DNA of 64,000 nucleotides from an uncultured virus (IMG/VR IMGVR_UViG_3300024496_000014) (IMGVR_UViG_3300024496_000014), one strand, 5' to 3'; positions 48,781-59,152 are shown, counted from the first letter of the stretch. The notes: generated by a model from the sequence alone, not told the origin. A program made the numbers and translations.

Positions 48781-49761
48781 TTATTGACTTTGACGAGCGC
48801 GAATCTTGGCAAGAATGTCTTGCGCACGACTAGCACCTTCTGCTGCCGGAGCACTTGCTACAGGAGTAGACTGAGCTGCCGGAGCACTTGCTACAGGAGT
48901 AGGTTCTTCGTCAACTTCTTCAGCAGGAGCACTTGAGCGAGCTTTGTTAGGATCGCCTGTTGCAGCACCCATGCCTGCTGGTTTGAAGTATTGACCCCAA
49001 CGGTCCATGTCATATGCTTCGCCATTAACTGATGCTTCAAACATTTCTTTCATAACCTTAAGCTCAACATCGGTTGGCTTCTTAGGCAAGAAGTCTGACA
49101 AGTTAAACAAACCATGGGTATCAACTGCGGATTTTTCTGCATCGGTTAGAGCACGTTCACGACGGCTCCACTTACTTGTAGAATAATCAGCAAAACCACC
49201 TTTGCTTGTTTTTGCGATACGGAAATCTACACCGCGGAGGTAATCAGTTGGTAGTTCTTCCAACTCTGGGTCCATTAGTGCTGAACGAATGATTTGATAG
49301 ATTTGAGGACCGATGATGAATCTGCGAATTGGATTCTCTGGTGTTTTTTCTTCTTTGAGAGCATCTTCAACAACAAAGCCTTGGAAGATATATGAACGCT
49401 TTTTCCAATATTTACGACCCATATCCTCTAATGATTTGTCTTTAAACCAACCACGCACTTCTGAAAGGATTGGACATACGGAACCATCGTTATACATTTC
49501 AACACAGGGAACCTGTACTTGAACTTTACGTGAATCGGTTTCGCCTTTAATTCCTGCGAATTCCAATTTGATCATTGCACGTTCAACCCAGAAAAATGTG
49601 TTGTTAGAATTGCCATCTGGTAGGAAACGAACTACGGCTTCCTTGCCTTCTTGCATGTTCCAATGTGGGTAAATTGCGTTGTCGCCGCCGCTTGATGTTT
49701 GTCCTGTGGACTTTGATTGTGCTTCTTGAAGTTTAGCACGAATTTCTGCTAATGTTGCCAT
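48781..49761 (-). CDS. Single-stranded DNA-binding protein (gp32-like)
   Basis: VRFLPD, CP, YWKKR, GPQI, DYSTSKW; AAGGAGG RBS. Confidence 0.85.
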   Translation of the reverse strand: MATLAEIRAKLQEAQSKSTGQTSSGGDNAIYPHWNMQEGKEAVVRFLPDGNSNNTFFWVERAMIKLEFAGIKGETDSRKVQVQVPCVEMYNDGSVCPILSEVRGWFKDKSLEDMGRKYWKKRSYIFQGFVVEDALKEEKTPENPIRRFIIGPQIYQIIRSALMDPELEELPTDYLRGVDFRIAKTSKGGFADYSTSKWSRRERALTDAEKSAVDTHGLFNLSDFLPKKPTDVELKVMKEMFEASVNGEAYDMDRWGQYFKPAGMGAATGDPNKARSSAPAEEVDEEPTPVASAPAAQSTPVASAPAAEGASRAQDILAKIRARQSQ

Positions 49762-49886
49762 TTTATAGCCTCCTTATGCCTTTAATGTAAATGACTTTAT
49801 GCCTATCGCATAACAACTATTATGCGCTTTTTATTTAGCAAGATCAAGTCCTTTCTAAAAATTTATTTCACCAAAAAAAATCCACT

Positions 49887-50291
49887 CTATGAGTGGATTT
49901 GGTGATAACGAATCATAGCCGCTGTTCTTGCTAAAAATAATTTCCACCGGATTTCTTCAGTAATTAAACCTTCAGGATCATCCGGTGTTGGGTCTGTTTG
50001 AATTCTTTGTAGATCTTTTCTTCGATAAGATGTAATGATATCGTCAACTTCAATAATGTTATCTTCGCTGTCATCTGCAAATAAAACAATTTTGTGAGGA
50101 TTGCCTGTAAAAATTTTAGGTTTTTGTATTTTGATAGATCTTGCAAGGACCGGTCCTTTTTTGATCGCAATCTGAGCTGGTGACTCTATAGTTGTAGGTC
50201 TCCCAAAGAGTTCTTTCCCATTGAGACTCGTATTTGCCTGGCTTGTCCCAATTAAACTCATCGCAGCTAAGATTACTGCTAACCTTTTCAT
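49887..50291 (-). CDS. Secreted hypothetical protein
   Basis: Signal peptide; GAGGA RBS. Confidence 0.55.
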   Translation of the reverse strand: MKRLAVILAAMSLIGTSQANTSLNGKELFGRPTTIESPAQIAIKKGPVLARSIKIQKPKIFTGNPHKIVLFADDSEDNIIEVDDIITSYRRKDLQRIQTDPTPDDPEGLITEEIRWKLFLARTAAMIRYHQIHS

Positions 50292-50309
50292 TTCTAGTCC
50301 TCATTAACA

Positions 50310-50606
50310 TTATTGACAAGTCCTTGTAAGTGTTACACTACCGTCTGGATTGCGCACTTCAGTCCAAGGACTACATACTTGTTGTTGCGTATAAACGGGC
50401 GGTTGTTGAATAACCGCTGGCGGTTGTTGAACAACTACAGGACGAGTTGCGGCATATACCACAGCACCTCCAACTACAGCTGGAACTACCCAATTCCAAC
50501 CTCTCCCATGATGCATATGGTGTCCGCCATGATAGCCATGATGTGGACCTGCTTGCGCACCAAAAGCAGATAAACCAATTAAACCTGCAATTAAGAGTTT
50601 TTTCAT
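50310..50606 (-). CDS. Small secreted His/Gly/Pro-rich protein
   Basis: Signal peptide AQA, AAGGAGG RBS. Confidence 0.65.
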   Translation of the reverse strand: MKKLLIAGLIGLSAFGAQAGPHHGYHGGHHMHHGRGWNWVVPAVVGGAVVYAATRPVVVQQPPAVIQQPPVYTQQQVCSPWTEVRNPDGSVTLTRTCQ

Positions 50607-50671
50607 AAAACCCTCCTTGATATTATAGTAACGCCCCAATGCCAACTTTCGTTGACAAGGGGCAACTAAAA

Positions 50672-50845
50672 TTACTTCTTAGCTTCTTCTTTCTTAGCAG
50701 GAGCTTTTGGAGCTTCCTTAGCAGCAGGTGCTGGCGCAGATGCAGCTGGTTTGGCTTCTGCTTTCTTTTCTTCTTTCTTAGGTGCATCTGCAGCGAAAGC
50801 GGATACTGCAAATAATGATGCTACTAAAGTTGCTACTAGTTTCAT
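50672..50845 (-). CDS. Small secreted Ala/Lys/Pro-rich protein
   Basis: Signal peptide AFA-ADAPKK; AAGGA RBS. Confidence 0.65.
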   Translation of the reverse strand: MKLVATLVASLFAVSAFAADAPKKEEKKAEAKPAASAPAPAAKEAPKAPAKKEEAKK

Positions 50846-50946
50846 AGTAATTTCCTTTTTAAAAGCACAGACAATCAGTGCCTGTGTAATATTATAACGC
50901 ATTAATAGGACCGAACGTTGACTAAAAAGTTTAAATTATTTTGCCC

Positions 50947-50971
50947 AAAAGAAAGGGCACCTAAGTGCCCT
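50947..50971 (-). terminator. Intrinsic terminator
   Basis: AGGGCAC/GTGCCCT stem, T-rich tail on - strand. Confidence 0.65.
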
Positions 50972-50992
50972 AACTATTGTATTTTCTTTTTA

Positions 50993-52708
50993 TTATAGGC
51001 CTGCTAATTCTCTAACTCTTGCCAATTCTGCTAATTCAGGATTTTGTTCTGTTGATTGTTGTGGTGCCATTCTTTCTACAAATTTACGAGCAACTTGTTC
51101 TGCCTGCTCACCAAACTTCTTGCCTACCATTGTGCAAACACCCTCTGGGCCTTTAGGGAATGTATTAGATTCCTTATCATAGAAACTTGTGATAAACTCT
51201 GCAAGTTCTTGAACATTAATTGCTGTACGCTCTTTTCCTTGCTCATTGTCGTCACTGGCCATTTGAGGTTCGTCTTCGGGTGCTTCTTCGCCTCCTGCTT
51301 CGGGTTCTTCTTCTGAGTAGTCACCAAAATCTAATTGGCCGACTACATCTGGTGCGTTTTGTTCTAACCAATCTTTAACCAACCCTCTGCAACATGCCTC
51401 TGGATCTTCTTTTGCCTTATCTTTAATGGCTTGGTCAAGTTTAGGATCTTCAATGATGCCTTTTAAACTTTCAATGGCATTGCTACCATCTACACCTGCT
51501 GGAAAATGTTGTCCAACTAATTCTTGTAATTCTTTAATCGCTGCGTCTTTTTGATCGGGATCTTGAATAGGGCTTGCTTCACCTAATTGATAAACCCAGT
51601 TTTCAAATTTTTCAAATGGATCATAATTTTCCATTTCAAATGTTTCTTCTTCGACAGCGGCATTGTTGGTCATTGCGACTATGTCGTCGTAGCCTATCGT
51701 GTTTCCTTCTTTCATTAGTCTATATAAGACCGGAAATACATTAGCAATGTCTTCTTTAAAATTTCTAACGGTAAATTTTTCTTTAAAATCTTCTACAACG
51801 TCTTGTGGTATTTCTTCACTATCGTATGCCTGGAAATTTTCTCTATATGCTTCGTAATGACTTTGTTTAGATAGTGCCTTAATTTGTTCACGTAGTCTAT
51901 TTAGAGCCTCTCCGCTTCTTTCAACAATATTGTTTGTATCTGAATTCATTAAATCATTACGAACAACATAGTTGCTAAAACTTTTTAGTTGAGCAATTTC
52001 TTCGCTCATTTGTACAATTGATTTACCAATATCGTCGTATGGTACACCGCCATTAGCCACGTGACGTTGCATAGCACGAGCTCCTGCTAAATGAATGAAA
52101 GGATATTTAAATCTTTCACCGTCTTGGTTTTCAACAAATAATGCTGAAATATTACGTGTTCTAGCACCTGGTGCTTGATCGTCTGTTAATGCTTGACTAT
52201 GTTTAATAATCAAACGTGTATCCATTAGTTTTTGATAGCTTACGGTCTTAGATCCGTACATTGTGCTTTCAGTAACATTCATTGTGCTTTCTCCGACTGG
52301 TGTTGGTTGTGTTGTAACCGCAGGTTCTGGTGAATTATGGCGGCTTAAAAATGCATAATCTCGTTTATCTAAATTGTCTTTAGTAATGTCACGAGTATCA
52401 AACGCCATTAACCTACGTTTAGCAAATAATCTTAATTCTCTTAAAAATCCAAACCAATTCTTCTTTTGAAGATCGTTCATTGATTCAGTAATTCCTGTAC
52501 TGAAATATACCTTCATAGAGTTTGGTTCAGCTAGGCTGATGCTAACATGGCCTACAGGTGTTTCACCTTCCATGTAATCAAAATCAAAAAATCTTGCTTC
52601 TTCTGGGTTTATTGTAATTTCGCTGGTTTCTGAACCTAGCTTTAACCCTTTAAAGCGGCTTCTAATTTTATAAAATAAATCTGTAGCAATATTGTTTGTA
52701 GCGTCCAT
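50993..52708 (-). CDS. Putative head/prohead structural protein
   Basis: Acidic; GERFKYPF.HLAGARAM motif; ends LARVRELAGL; downstream of terminase. Confidence 0.55.
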   Translation of the reverse strand: MDATNNIATDLFYKIRSRFKGLKLGSETSEITINPEEARFFDFDYMEGETPVGHVSISLAEPNSMKVYFSTGITESMNDLQKKNWFGFLRELRLFAKRRLMAFDTRDITKDNLDKRDYAFLSRHNSPEPAVTTQPTPVGESTMNVTESTMYGSKTVSYQKLMDTRLIIKHSQALTDDQAPGARTRNISALFVENQDGERFKYPFIHLAGARAMQRHVANGGVPYDDIGKSIVQMSEEIAQLKSFSNYVVRNDLMNSDTNNIVERSGEALNRLREQIKALSKQSHYEAYRENFQAYDSEEIPQDVVEDFKEKFTVRNFKEDIANVFPVLYRLMKEGNTIGYDDIVAMTNNAAVEEETFEMENYDPFEKFENWVYQLGEASPIQDPDQKDAAIKELQELVGQHFPAGVDGSNAIESLKGIIEDPKLDQAIKDKAKEDPEACCRGLVKDWLEQNAPDVVGQLDFGDYSEEEPEAGGEEAPEDEPQMASDDNEQGKERTAINVQELAEFITSFYDKESNTFPKGPEGVCTMVGKKFGEQAEQVARKFVERMAPQQSTEQNPELAELARVRELAGL

Positions 52709-52718
52709 TCTGTATTTA

Positions 52719-54305
52719 TCACATAAAGCCCGATACAAAGATCGGCATAGGCATTTGGTCTTCTGATAATTTATCAGTCATTTTTTCGTATACTTTAGGG
52801 TCCCAGTCCGCTAGTATGCTAGACATGCGAATTATTAACAATAATGCAGCCACTAAGTCGTCGTGTTCCCCAGATTTAGCTTTAAATCCAATTCCAGTAG
52901 CAACGAATGTTTTTAACTCTGAAATTAAAGGTTTTGAACATAACTTCATTTTATGAGTTTCAATCATGTGTTTAAGTTGGCTACATGCAGAAATTTTTGT
53001 CTTATGTGTAGTATTAAACCCTTTGCGGAATTTACGCACATGTCCTTTACGTATAGGCTCACTCAAGAATAATCCGGGGAAATTTTCCTCGCCAATATTT
53101 TGAATACAAATTAAAGCAGCTTCACCTAAAGTGTTATTTTCAACACTATAATAAATTTGAGGATGACCGCCTTTTAATTCTCCCTGATCCTGGATATAAG
53201 AACAAATTTCTCTTAATATTTTTACTTGACTTTGTACTGGAGTTAAATTATGATACCATTCTGCTACTTGATCCATATGGGGCATTTCAAATACTTGAAT
53301 AGCACCATTGTCACCGCCTGTTCCTAAACTAGGATCTAATGCTACAAGATATGTTGCTTGCGGATTAATCTCTTTGTACCATCGTGTTTGTCCCATAGAT
53401 AACATAGGCTCAGTACCTTTTAATTCAGCAAGTTTAACTGAGTTAATTAACGTTTCGTCAAAGATCAAGAATTCACATTCAAATTCACGACGGAAACGTT
53501 CTTCTCCAATTTTTGCACGTTCTAATCTTGCCCATTCGTCATCTCGGTCTGGATGTTCGCTCCAGTGGGCAAAATAACTATGAAATCCGTTAACTCCTAA
53601 TTTTTGTTCATTGCCAAATTCGTCAAATCTTTTGTTTGCTTCGGTCCAAATTAACGCAAACTGATCTTCGTCTGAGTTAGGTGTTGATGTAATGATACAC
53701 TTACCGCCTGTTGCTAGTGTAGGCGATAGGGCAGTCCAGAATTCTTTAGCTTTCTCGGGAGGTTGCACAAACGCAAACTCATCACAATAAATCAATGATA
53801 GAGATTTACCACGACCAGTATTTTCTGTAGTTGTGGTTGCTTGTATACGAGCACCGTTATCGTATTCGATTGTATTTCTATTGTATGAATAAACACCTGC
53901 ACGTATAAAATCTGGAAGGTTTTCGTAACCATAACGGTAACGATCCATAATATCTTTTGCACCTTCGTATTTGTGTGCGGCAATAAGAACTTGACAATCA
54001 GGTACAAACATTGTGTACCAGAGTAAGTAAGCAACGGCACATGTGGTCTTACCCATCTGACGAGGCAACATAGCAATACATTGTTTGTTGCCGTGATAGG
54101 CTTCAATTAACCGTTCTTGGTATTCGTACGGTTCAAAGGGAATACTACCTCGAACAGGATGTTGAATTTTAATAAAATTTTTAGCGAAATAAAGAGGACC
54201 TGTAACAGGATCCATACACGCTTCGAGATGTTTAACTTCTTCAAGTGTGTATCGTTGCTGTTTATGCGCCTTCTTAATTAATACGCCATCTAATGATTTT
54301 GCCAT
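52719..54305 (-). CDS. Terminase large subunit (gp17-like)
   Basis: PRQMGKT, YCDEFAF, TSTPN, ALDPS.GTGGD, VENN, HDDLV. Confidence 0.95.
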   Translation of the reverse strand: MAKSLDGVLIKKAHKQQRYTLEEVKHLEACMDPVTGPLYFAKNFIKIQHPVRGSIPFEPYEYQERLIEAYHGNKQCIAMLPRQMGKTTCAVAYLLWYTMFVPDCQVLIAAHKYEGAKDIMDRYRYGYENLPDFIRAGVYSYNRNTIEYDNGARIQATTTTENTGRGKSLSLIYCDEFAFVQPPEKAKEFWTALSPTLATGGKCIITSTPNSDEDQFALIWTEANKRFDEFGNEQKLGVNGFHSYFAHWSEHPDRDDEWARLERAKIGEERFRREFECEFLIFDETLINSVKLAELKGTEPMLSMGQTRWYKEINPQATYLVALDPSLGTGGDNGAIQVFEMPHMDQVAEWYHNLTPVQSQVKILREICSYIQDQGELKGGHPQIYYSVENNTLGEAALICIQNIGEENFPGLFLSEPIRKGHVRKFRKGFNTTHKTKISACSQLKHMIETHKMKLCSKPLISELKTFVATGIGFKAKSGEHDDLVAALLLIIRMSSILADWDPKVYEKMTDKLSEDQMPMPIFVSGFM

Positions 54306-54318
54306 ACTATTATTTACT

Positions 54319-54347
54319 GAAAAAAATAGGGCCTTGCGGCCCTATTT
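54319..54347 (-). terminator. Intrinsic terminator
   Basis: AAATAGGGCC-GCAA-GGCCCTATTT then T-run on - strand. Confidence 0.8.
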
Positions 54348-54362
54348 GACTATATTTGTAGA

Positions 54363-54719
54363 TTAAGCAACGGTAAAACTTGTACCTAATGTAACGTCAG
54401 TTCCACGAACATCGACGCCGTTTGCACCTACTGAAGAACCCAAATTACGAATTCTAGTTTGTAGTTCGCTAGCATCGTTGATGTTTTTATCCATTACAAC
54501 ATAAATTAACCCTGTAGCAGCATCTACGGTAAAGTAAGCCATAGGATTTAATTCTTTAACAATAACTTCTACTACTTCGTCAACTGCGTCATCTTCTGCG
54601 CGAAGATCAATGTTAGAGTTGCTGTTATTTTGAACTTGAATCTTAAACAAGTTGCAATTAGGAGAATACAATGTACCTACGGTTGCCTGTAAGCCATTAG
54701 TTCTTGTTACGCTTGCCAT
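54363..54719 (-). CDS. Putative virion structural protein
   Basis: ORF in morphogenesis cluster; AAGGAGCG RBS. Confidence 0.55.
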   Translation of the reverse strand: MASVTRTNGLQATVGTLYSPNCNLFKIQVQNNSNSNIDLRAEDDAVDEVVEVIVKELNPMAYFTVDAATGLIYVVMDKNINDASELQTRIRNLGSSVGANGVDVRGTDVTLGTSFTVA

Positions 54720-55459
54720 TATTTCGCTCCTTTAGCTTCTGCTAATCGTTGCATTAGTTCTGCACGAATTTGAGATCTTAAATCGCCCTCAAATTTTTGT
54801 TTTTGCATTGGGTTATCGCCACCAGCAACTTTAGGATATGTTCCTTTTGATTTGTTTAAATCGTTGCCGTCGTGTGTTGAAAATGATGCATCTTTAGTTT
54901 CTGGCTCTGAACTTCCAACTGAATTACCAAATGCCTCATCTTCTTTATCTTCGTCGTCGTCTTTTTCTTCTTTGTCGTCCATTTCTTCTGGTTCAGGTTT
55001 TTCGCCTTCTGGACCTTCATGTTCAGGACTACCGTCTGGGCCGGGACCTTCTTTTTCTTTATCACCGTCAATATCGATATCGATAACTTTTGGTTCGTCA
55101 CCACCGCCGCCAAGGCCAGGTAATCCCGGAGGATTCATTTTGTCATCACCTGGTTTATCAAAGTCAGGTAACATTTTTAGTGGGGGTAATTCTGGTTTAA
55201 TGCTAGCGATAGAAGGACCTGGAGGTGTTAAAGATGGTAAAGTTGGATCTGATTTAATTGTATCAGGATTGACTTTAGTAATTAACTTTAATAAGTCCTC
55301 AATATTATCCATGCCTTGAGCATTTAGGTTAACACTCATGCTTGGAGGTGTCGTTGGAGGAGTTTGCATTGCTGGAGCAGGCATGTTCATTGGCTCACCG
55401 CACTCTTCAACTGGCCTGTCTAATTCTTGCATTTTTGTTAGCAATTCATGAAAATTCAT
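54719..55459 (-). CDS. Low-complexity acidic/Pro-rich putative prohead core protein
   Basis: MNFHELL start; DLNKSK..YP..AGGDNPM motif. Confidence 0.5.
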   Translation of the reverse strand: MNFHELLTKMQELDRPVEECGEPMNMPAPAMQTPPTTPPSMSVNLNAQGMDNIEDLLKLITKVNPDTIKSDPTLPSLTPPGPSIASIKPELPPLKMLPDFDKPGDDKMNPPGLPGLGGGGDEPKVIDIDIDGDKEKEGPGPDGSPEHEGPEGEKPEPEEMDDKEEKDDDEDKEDEAFGNSVGSSEPETKDASFSTHDGNDLNKSKGTYPKVAGGDNPMQKQKFEGDLRSQIRAELMQRLAEAKGAK

Positions 55460-55462
55460 TTT

Positions 55463-56047
55463 TTATCCTTTGACTGGGTTAGGGTTATCAACTTTACTCA
55501 TAGGTGAGCTTGCACCCGCCTTGTCTTGTTTAAATTTAGGTAATTTGTATTCGACCTGTGTGCCGTTTTCTTTCTTTCTAGTCTTTGATGTTTTTTCTAG
55601 ATCTTTTAAAAATCCTTTATTAAAATCATCACCGAAATAATCTTTAACCTTAATCTTGTCGTTTGACAATACTGGTTCTTCTAAAACAGCTTTACCACTT
55701 GGCTCAGAGTCAACAAATACTATGTCTGCTTCGTGAGAATCACCGCCGTTTCTAATACGGAAATGGCTCTCCGGTACAAAGTACTTGACATGTTCTGCAA
55801 TTTCTGGTGCAGTAATAGGATATTCACAAACAACTTCAAATGTATGAACTTCCACATTACTTAATTCTGGAAAATCAATGGGTGATGCTTGTATAGGAGT
55901 TTTTGATTTTTCTACAATAGTAGGATTTGTTGCTCCCAAGCATTCTTTGAAATTTTTCTCAAAATTTTCAGGCAGTTCGCCAGCTACCCTTACTTTAAAA
56001 GGGTACGATTTTTTGCTTTCAGCAAGGTATTCTCTAAAAGTCTTCAT
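55463..56047 (-). CDS. Putative head-associated protein
   Basis: MKTFREYLAES N-terminus. Confidence 0.55.
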   Translation of the reverse strand: MKTFREYLAESKKSYPFKVRVAGELPENFEKNFKECLGATNPTIVEKSKTPIQASPIDFPELSNVEVHTFEVVCEYPITAPEIAEHVKYFVPESHFRIRNGGDSHEADIVFVDSEPSGKAVLEEPVLSNDKIKVKDYFGDDFNKGFLKDLEKTSKTRKKENGTQVEYKLPKFKQDKAGASSPMSKVDNPNPVKG

Positions 56048-56055
56048 AACTATAT

Positions 56056-56538
56056 TTATTCCTTTTGACCCAATTTCTTAAGAAGATCGTTGCGGTCTGT
56101 AATGATGTAGCCCTGGCCTTGTAACACATCGTTTGGATCTTCGTTATTATCTTTATCAATCTTATACTTCTTAAGTTGAAGATCAATTGCTTTTAATTTT
56201 TTATCAATTTTAGCAGTTTTAGCGTTAATAGCATTGCCCATCATGCTTGCTGCTACTTCAAAAATACGGCCGCTGTATCGTACTTCTACATTCATGCCCA
56301 AATCCATTAAATCGTCGTAGGCATCTTCTGCTTTCTTTGCTAGATTGTCAAGTTCTTTATCGTCTAATTCTTCTAACTCTTTGATAACAGGTAACCCTTT
56401 GGTTATTTCTGCTACTGCTTTATAGCTATCTTCAAGAGAATTAACTTGTTCGTGCGAAACAACAGGAGCAGATTCTTCTGTTTTTTTCTCTGGTTCGGCA
56501 GAGTCTAAATTAAAAAGTTCTTCAAGTTTTTTGGTCAT
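56056..56538 (-). CDS. Conserved protein, possible terminase small subunit
   Basis: Helical, ends DRNDLLK; context only. Confidence 0.4.
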   Translation of the reverse strand: MTKKLEELFNLDSAEPEKKTEESAPVVSHEQVNSLEDSYKAVAEITKGLPVIKELEELDDKELDNLAKKAEDAYDDLMDLGMNVEVRYSGRIFEVAASMMGNAINAKTAKIDKKLKAIDLQLKKYKIDKDNNEDPNDVLQGQGYIITDRNDLLKKLGQKE

Positions 56539-56545
56539 ATATTAC

Positions 56546-56986
56546 TTATCTACGTTTTTTACCTTGATGAAAAATATCGCCTTCGTTTACAATACGAAAT
56601 CTTACACCTTGCTGTTTACACCACTTACTAGCAGCTTCCCATTTGGCCATATTTTTTACATATTGTTCCTGGTTATAAAGACTTTTTCCAACACTTTCTA
56701 ATTTAGTTTGACTTTCCGGTTTTACTTCTACAACTTCTGCATGTTTATTTCCGTTCTTATCAACATAGACAATAAAAAAATCTGGGACATACACGGTATA
56801 TTTTCCTGTTAAAGGATCTCGATAAGGTATTTGTATACTTTCGCTAGCCCAATTTTGAACGCCCTGATGTTCATCAAGCATTCTCATAAAAATAAATTCC
56901 CAGCTACTACGAGCTAACGGTGTTTTTTTCCCAACGTATTTGTCGGGATTTTTCATCTCAAACCTTCCTGATGCAAATTTAGGCAT
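56546..56986 (-). CDS. Head completion nuclease (T4 gp4-like, TnsA-type PD-(D/E)xK)
   Basis: NPDKYVG, RSSWE, WASE, YVPDF, EVKP, KWEAA. Confidence 0.88.
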   Translation of the reverse strand: MPKFASGRFEMKNPDKYVGKKTPLARSSWEFIFMRMLDEHQGVQNWASESIQIPYRDPLTGKYTVYVPDFFIVYVDKNGNKHAEVVEVKPESQTKLESVGKSLYNQEQYVKNMAKWEAASKWCKQQGVRFRIVNEGDIFHQGKKRR

Positions 56987-57354
56987 TACGGTGATATATT
57001 TCTAAGAATTTCGGCTTTACTAATAGATAATGATCTATAGCCTAGTGTAGATGTTGATCGTCTATTATTATTCAATATTTCGCTTACGACAGCACTTAGC
57101 TCAACACCATCAAAAGTTTTTAATGTATCTAATAATTTAAAAACAGAAACTCCATCTATTTTAGCTTGGTTTAATAATGTGTATGCTGTGGCGGTGCCCG
57201 CTTGGCCAGAAAATCCTTTTGACTCAAAAAAACCAATTGCTGCTGATACTTCGTTTGCAGAAAATTCTAAAGGACTGATTCCATACTGATCAAAAAATAA
57301 TTTAGTAGCTTCTGCGCTATCTTCGATTATAGGTGCTGGTAGATTAGTTGACAT
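56986..57354 (-). CDS. Hypothetical virion protein
   Basis: ORF in tail cluster. Confidence 0.55.
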   Translation of the reverse strand: MSTNLPAPIIEDSAEATKLFFDQYGISPLEFSANEVSAAIGFFESKGFSGQAGTATAYTLLNQAKIDGVSVFKLLDTLKTFDGVELSAVVSEILNNNRRSTSTLGYRSLSISKAEILRNISP

Positions 57355-58445
57355 TATACTATGTTATCCCCGCCGGCCATTATTTTAGGGCTTGCTATTG
57401 TGGTATCTGTATTGTTTGAATTCTTTGGAAATGTTGCTCCAACAATACCGCCAACGGTATTGATTGCTCCACGAATTGTTGCAGGACTACTTAAAATATT
57501 AATTGCTTCTTGTTTAAGTCCGTCTTTACTTAAACCTTTGATATTTTTAACGGTATTTGCAGCAGCAATGGCAGTTCCTAAGAAGCCGCCGATACTACCA
57601 AATGCAGTACCATCACCTACAGCACCAAACACTGATTCAAGACCGTCTAGAACACCTCCAGGTCCTGTTAATGTTGCAACACCTCCACCGGCAACACTTA
57701 ATGGACTTGGTGTGGTATCGTAGTGTAATGTAGCGAATCCCTTAGGACTTCCAATGGCTACTTGTCCTGAACTATATCTAACAGATTCATATTGAAAACT
57801 CATTGTGTTTTCTAATGCCTCACTGCTTGCCGAGTAATCAACATTACCGTGACTCCAGGATGTTATTTTTGGATTAATATATGTGTATCCGTTAAATCTT
57901 CTACGACTCATAGTATACACAGAAATACTTTTAATAAAATCTGGGCCTCTGTTATTGTCAAATCCGTATTGGAAGTTGTCTAATCCTGTCTCAGTCTGTC
58001 TATAGTTTGTTTTAGAAAATGCCTGATCAGGAAGATTTCGATCAGCAATATAATATCCCATATACAATGCCCATAGTGCATTGATAATTCCTGCGCTGTC
58101 ATCGTAGAATGTTAGATTAACAGGATCGTAAGTATAGTTTTTGTAAATTATTTTTTTACGATTATATTGATTTTTAGTAACAGATTCGATTGTGTACTTA
58201 GGCAAGTCGGTAGATTTTACTAAGAATCCAATTTCGTCGGCATGTCTATTTGTAAATTGAGGTGCTTTAATTGCAGTCTTATCTAATTCAAATCGAACAT
58301 AAAATAAGAACTTGGTTCTCGGAGCCAACCTCATTGTATCGTCTATATACAGACGAGTTGCGTGTTGCCAATTCCCCCAAACACCTTTTGGATTTGTTAG
58401 ACCTTGACCGACACCTGTAAGGAAACGAGTAAATTTATTTGCCAT
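57354..58445 (-). CDS. Tail-tube-like baseplate/tube initiator protein
   Basis: KSTDLPKY..NQYNRK..YDPVNLTFYDD..YE tube-fold motifs. Confidence 0.68.
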   Translation of the reverse strand: MANKFTRFLTGVGQGLTNPKGVWGNWQHATRLYIDDTMRLAPRTKFLFYVRFELDKTAIKAPQFTNRHADEIGFLVKSTDLPKYTIESVTKNQYNRKKIIYKNYTYDPVNLTFYDDSAGIINALWALYMGYYIADRNLPDQAFSKTNYRQTETGLDNFQYGFDNNRGPDFIKSISVYTMSRRRFNGYTYINPKITSWSHGNVDYSASSEALENTMSFQYESVRYSSGQVAIGSPKGFATLHYDTTPSPLSVAGGGVATLTGPGGVLDGLESVFGAVGDGTAFGSIGGFLGTAIAAANTVKNIKGLSKDGLKQEAINILSSPATIRGAINTVGGIVGATFPKNSNNTDTTIASPKIMAGGDNIV

Positions 58446-58462
58446 ACAAATATTTATGCCAC

Positions 58463-58486
58463 AAAAAAACCCGGAATATTTCCGGG
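58463..58486 (-). terminator. Intrinsic terminator after tail tube gene
   Basis: CCCGGAA/TTCCGGG stem then T7 on - strand. Confidence 0.72.
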
Positions 58487-58508
58487 CTCTTTTGACTCAA
58501 ATGAGTTA

Positions 58509-59150
58509 TTATTGTGCGCCTGAACGTCCAGTAACAGCTTCGCCAATTGTACGACCAACAACTGCGCCAATACCACGATCTGTTCCGGAGCCGTTTGCTC
58601 CTGCAAACTGAATTGCGTTATCGAAACGAATTGTTAATGCCACGGTAGCATGTTCGTTAGTACCGTAGGCTAACTCGCCGTAGTCTGCATTTTGAACAAA
58701 GCAACCATACATTTCAAATTTTTCAAGAACGTTTGCTTCGCTAGCACCGTTACCGCCGTCAAGTACTTCAACGTTAGTTTGGAACTTGTAGTCGATACCA
58801 GAACGTGCAGATGCCTGTTCCATAAAGTCAAATTGTTTCTGAATTTGTTGACCAACAAGTTTTTGTACAAAACCAGATGCATCATCACGTAGTGTTAATG
58901 TAACGGTTTCGAATGAGTACTTACCTGCTAGGTATACTTTTGAGTTGTAAACATCTAGTGTCATTTCTTCAAAAGATACTTTAGGTCTTGTAACGTCTTG
59001 AACCTGCTTAGTTAATTCTACGCTAGATTCAACACCGAAACCAAGTAATGTTACTCTAAAGCGATACTTTAGTTTTGGCATTAGCAACGCTGTGTTGCTG
59101 TTTGCACCTGATGGTGGAATAGAAAATCTATTCAGTGATGATAGTGCCAT
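58509..59150 (-). CDS. Tail tube protein
   Basis: YRFRV, RPKVSFE, AGK..F..TLRDD, GCF...YG.L.Y, RFDNA; follows sheath. Confidence 0.85.
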   Translation of the reverse strand: MALSSLNRFSIPPSGANSNTALLMPKLKYRFRVTLLGFGVESSVELTKQVQDVTRPKVSFEEMTLDVYNSKVYLAGKYSFETVTLTLRDDASGFVQKLVGQQIQKQFDFMEQASARSGIDYKFQTNVEVLDGGNGASEANVLEKFEMYGCFVQNADYGELAYGTNEHATVALTIRFDNAIQFAGANGSGTDRGIGAVVGRTIGEAVTGRSGAQ

Positions 59151-59152
59151 TT

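Noticed and set aside
48845..48902. 25-bp direct repeat in the SSB gene
   Set aside because: Encodes a duplicated TPVASAPAA linker in a low-complexity tail; ordinary
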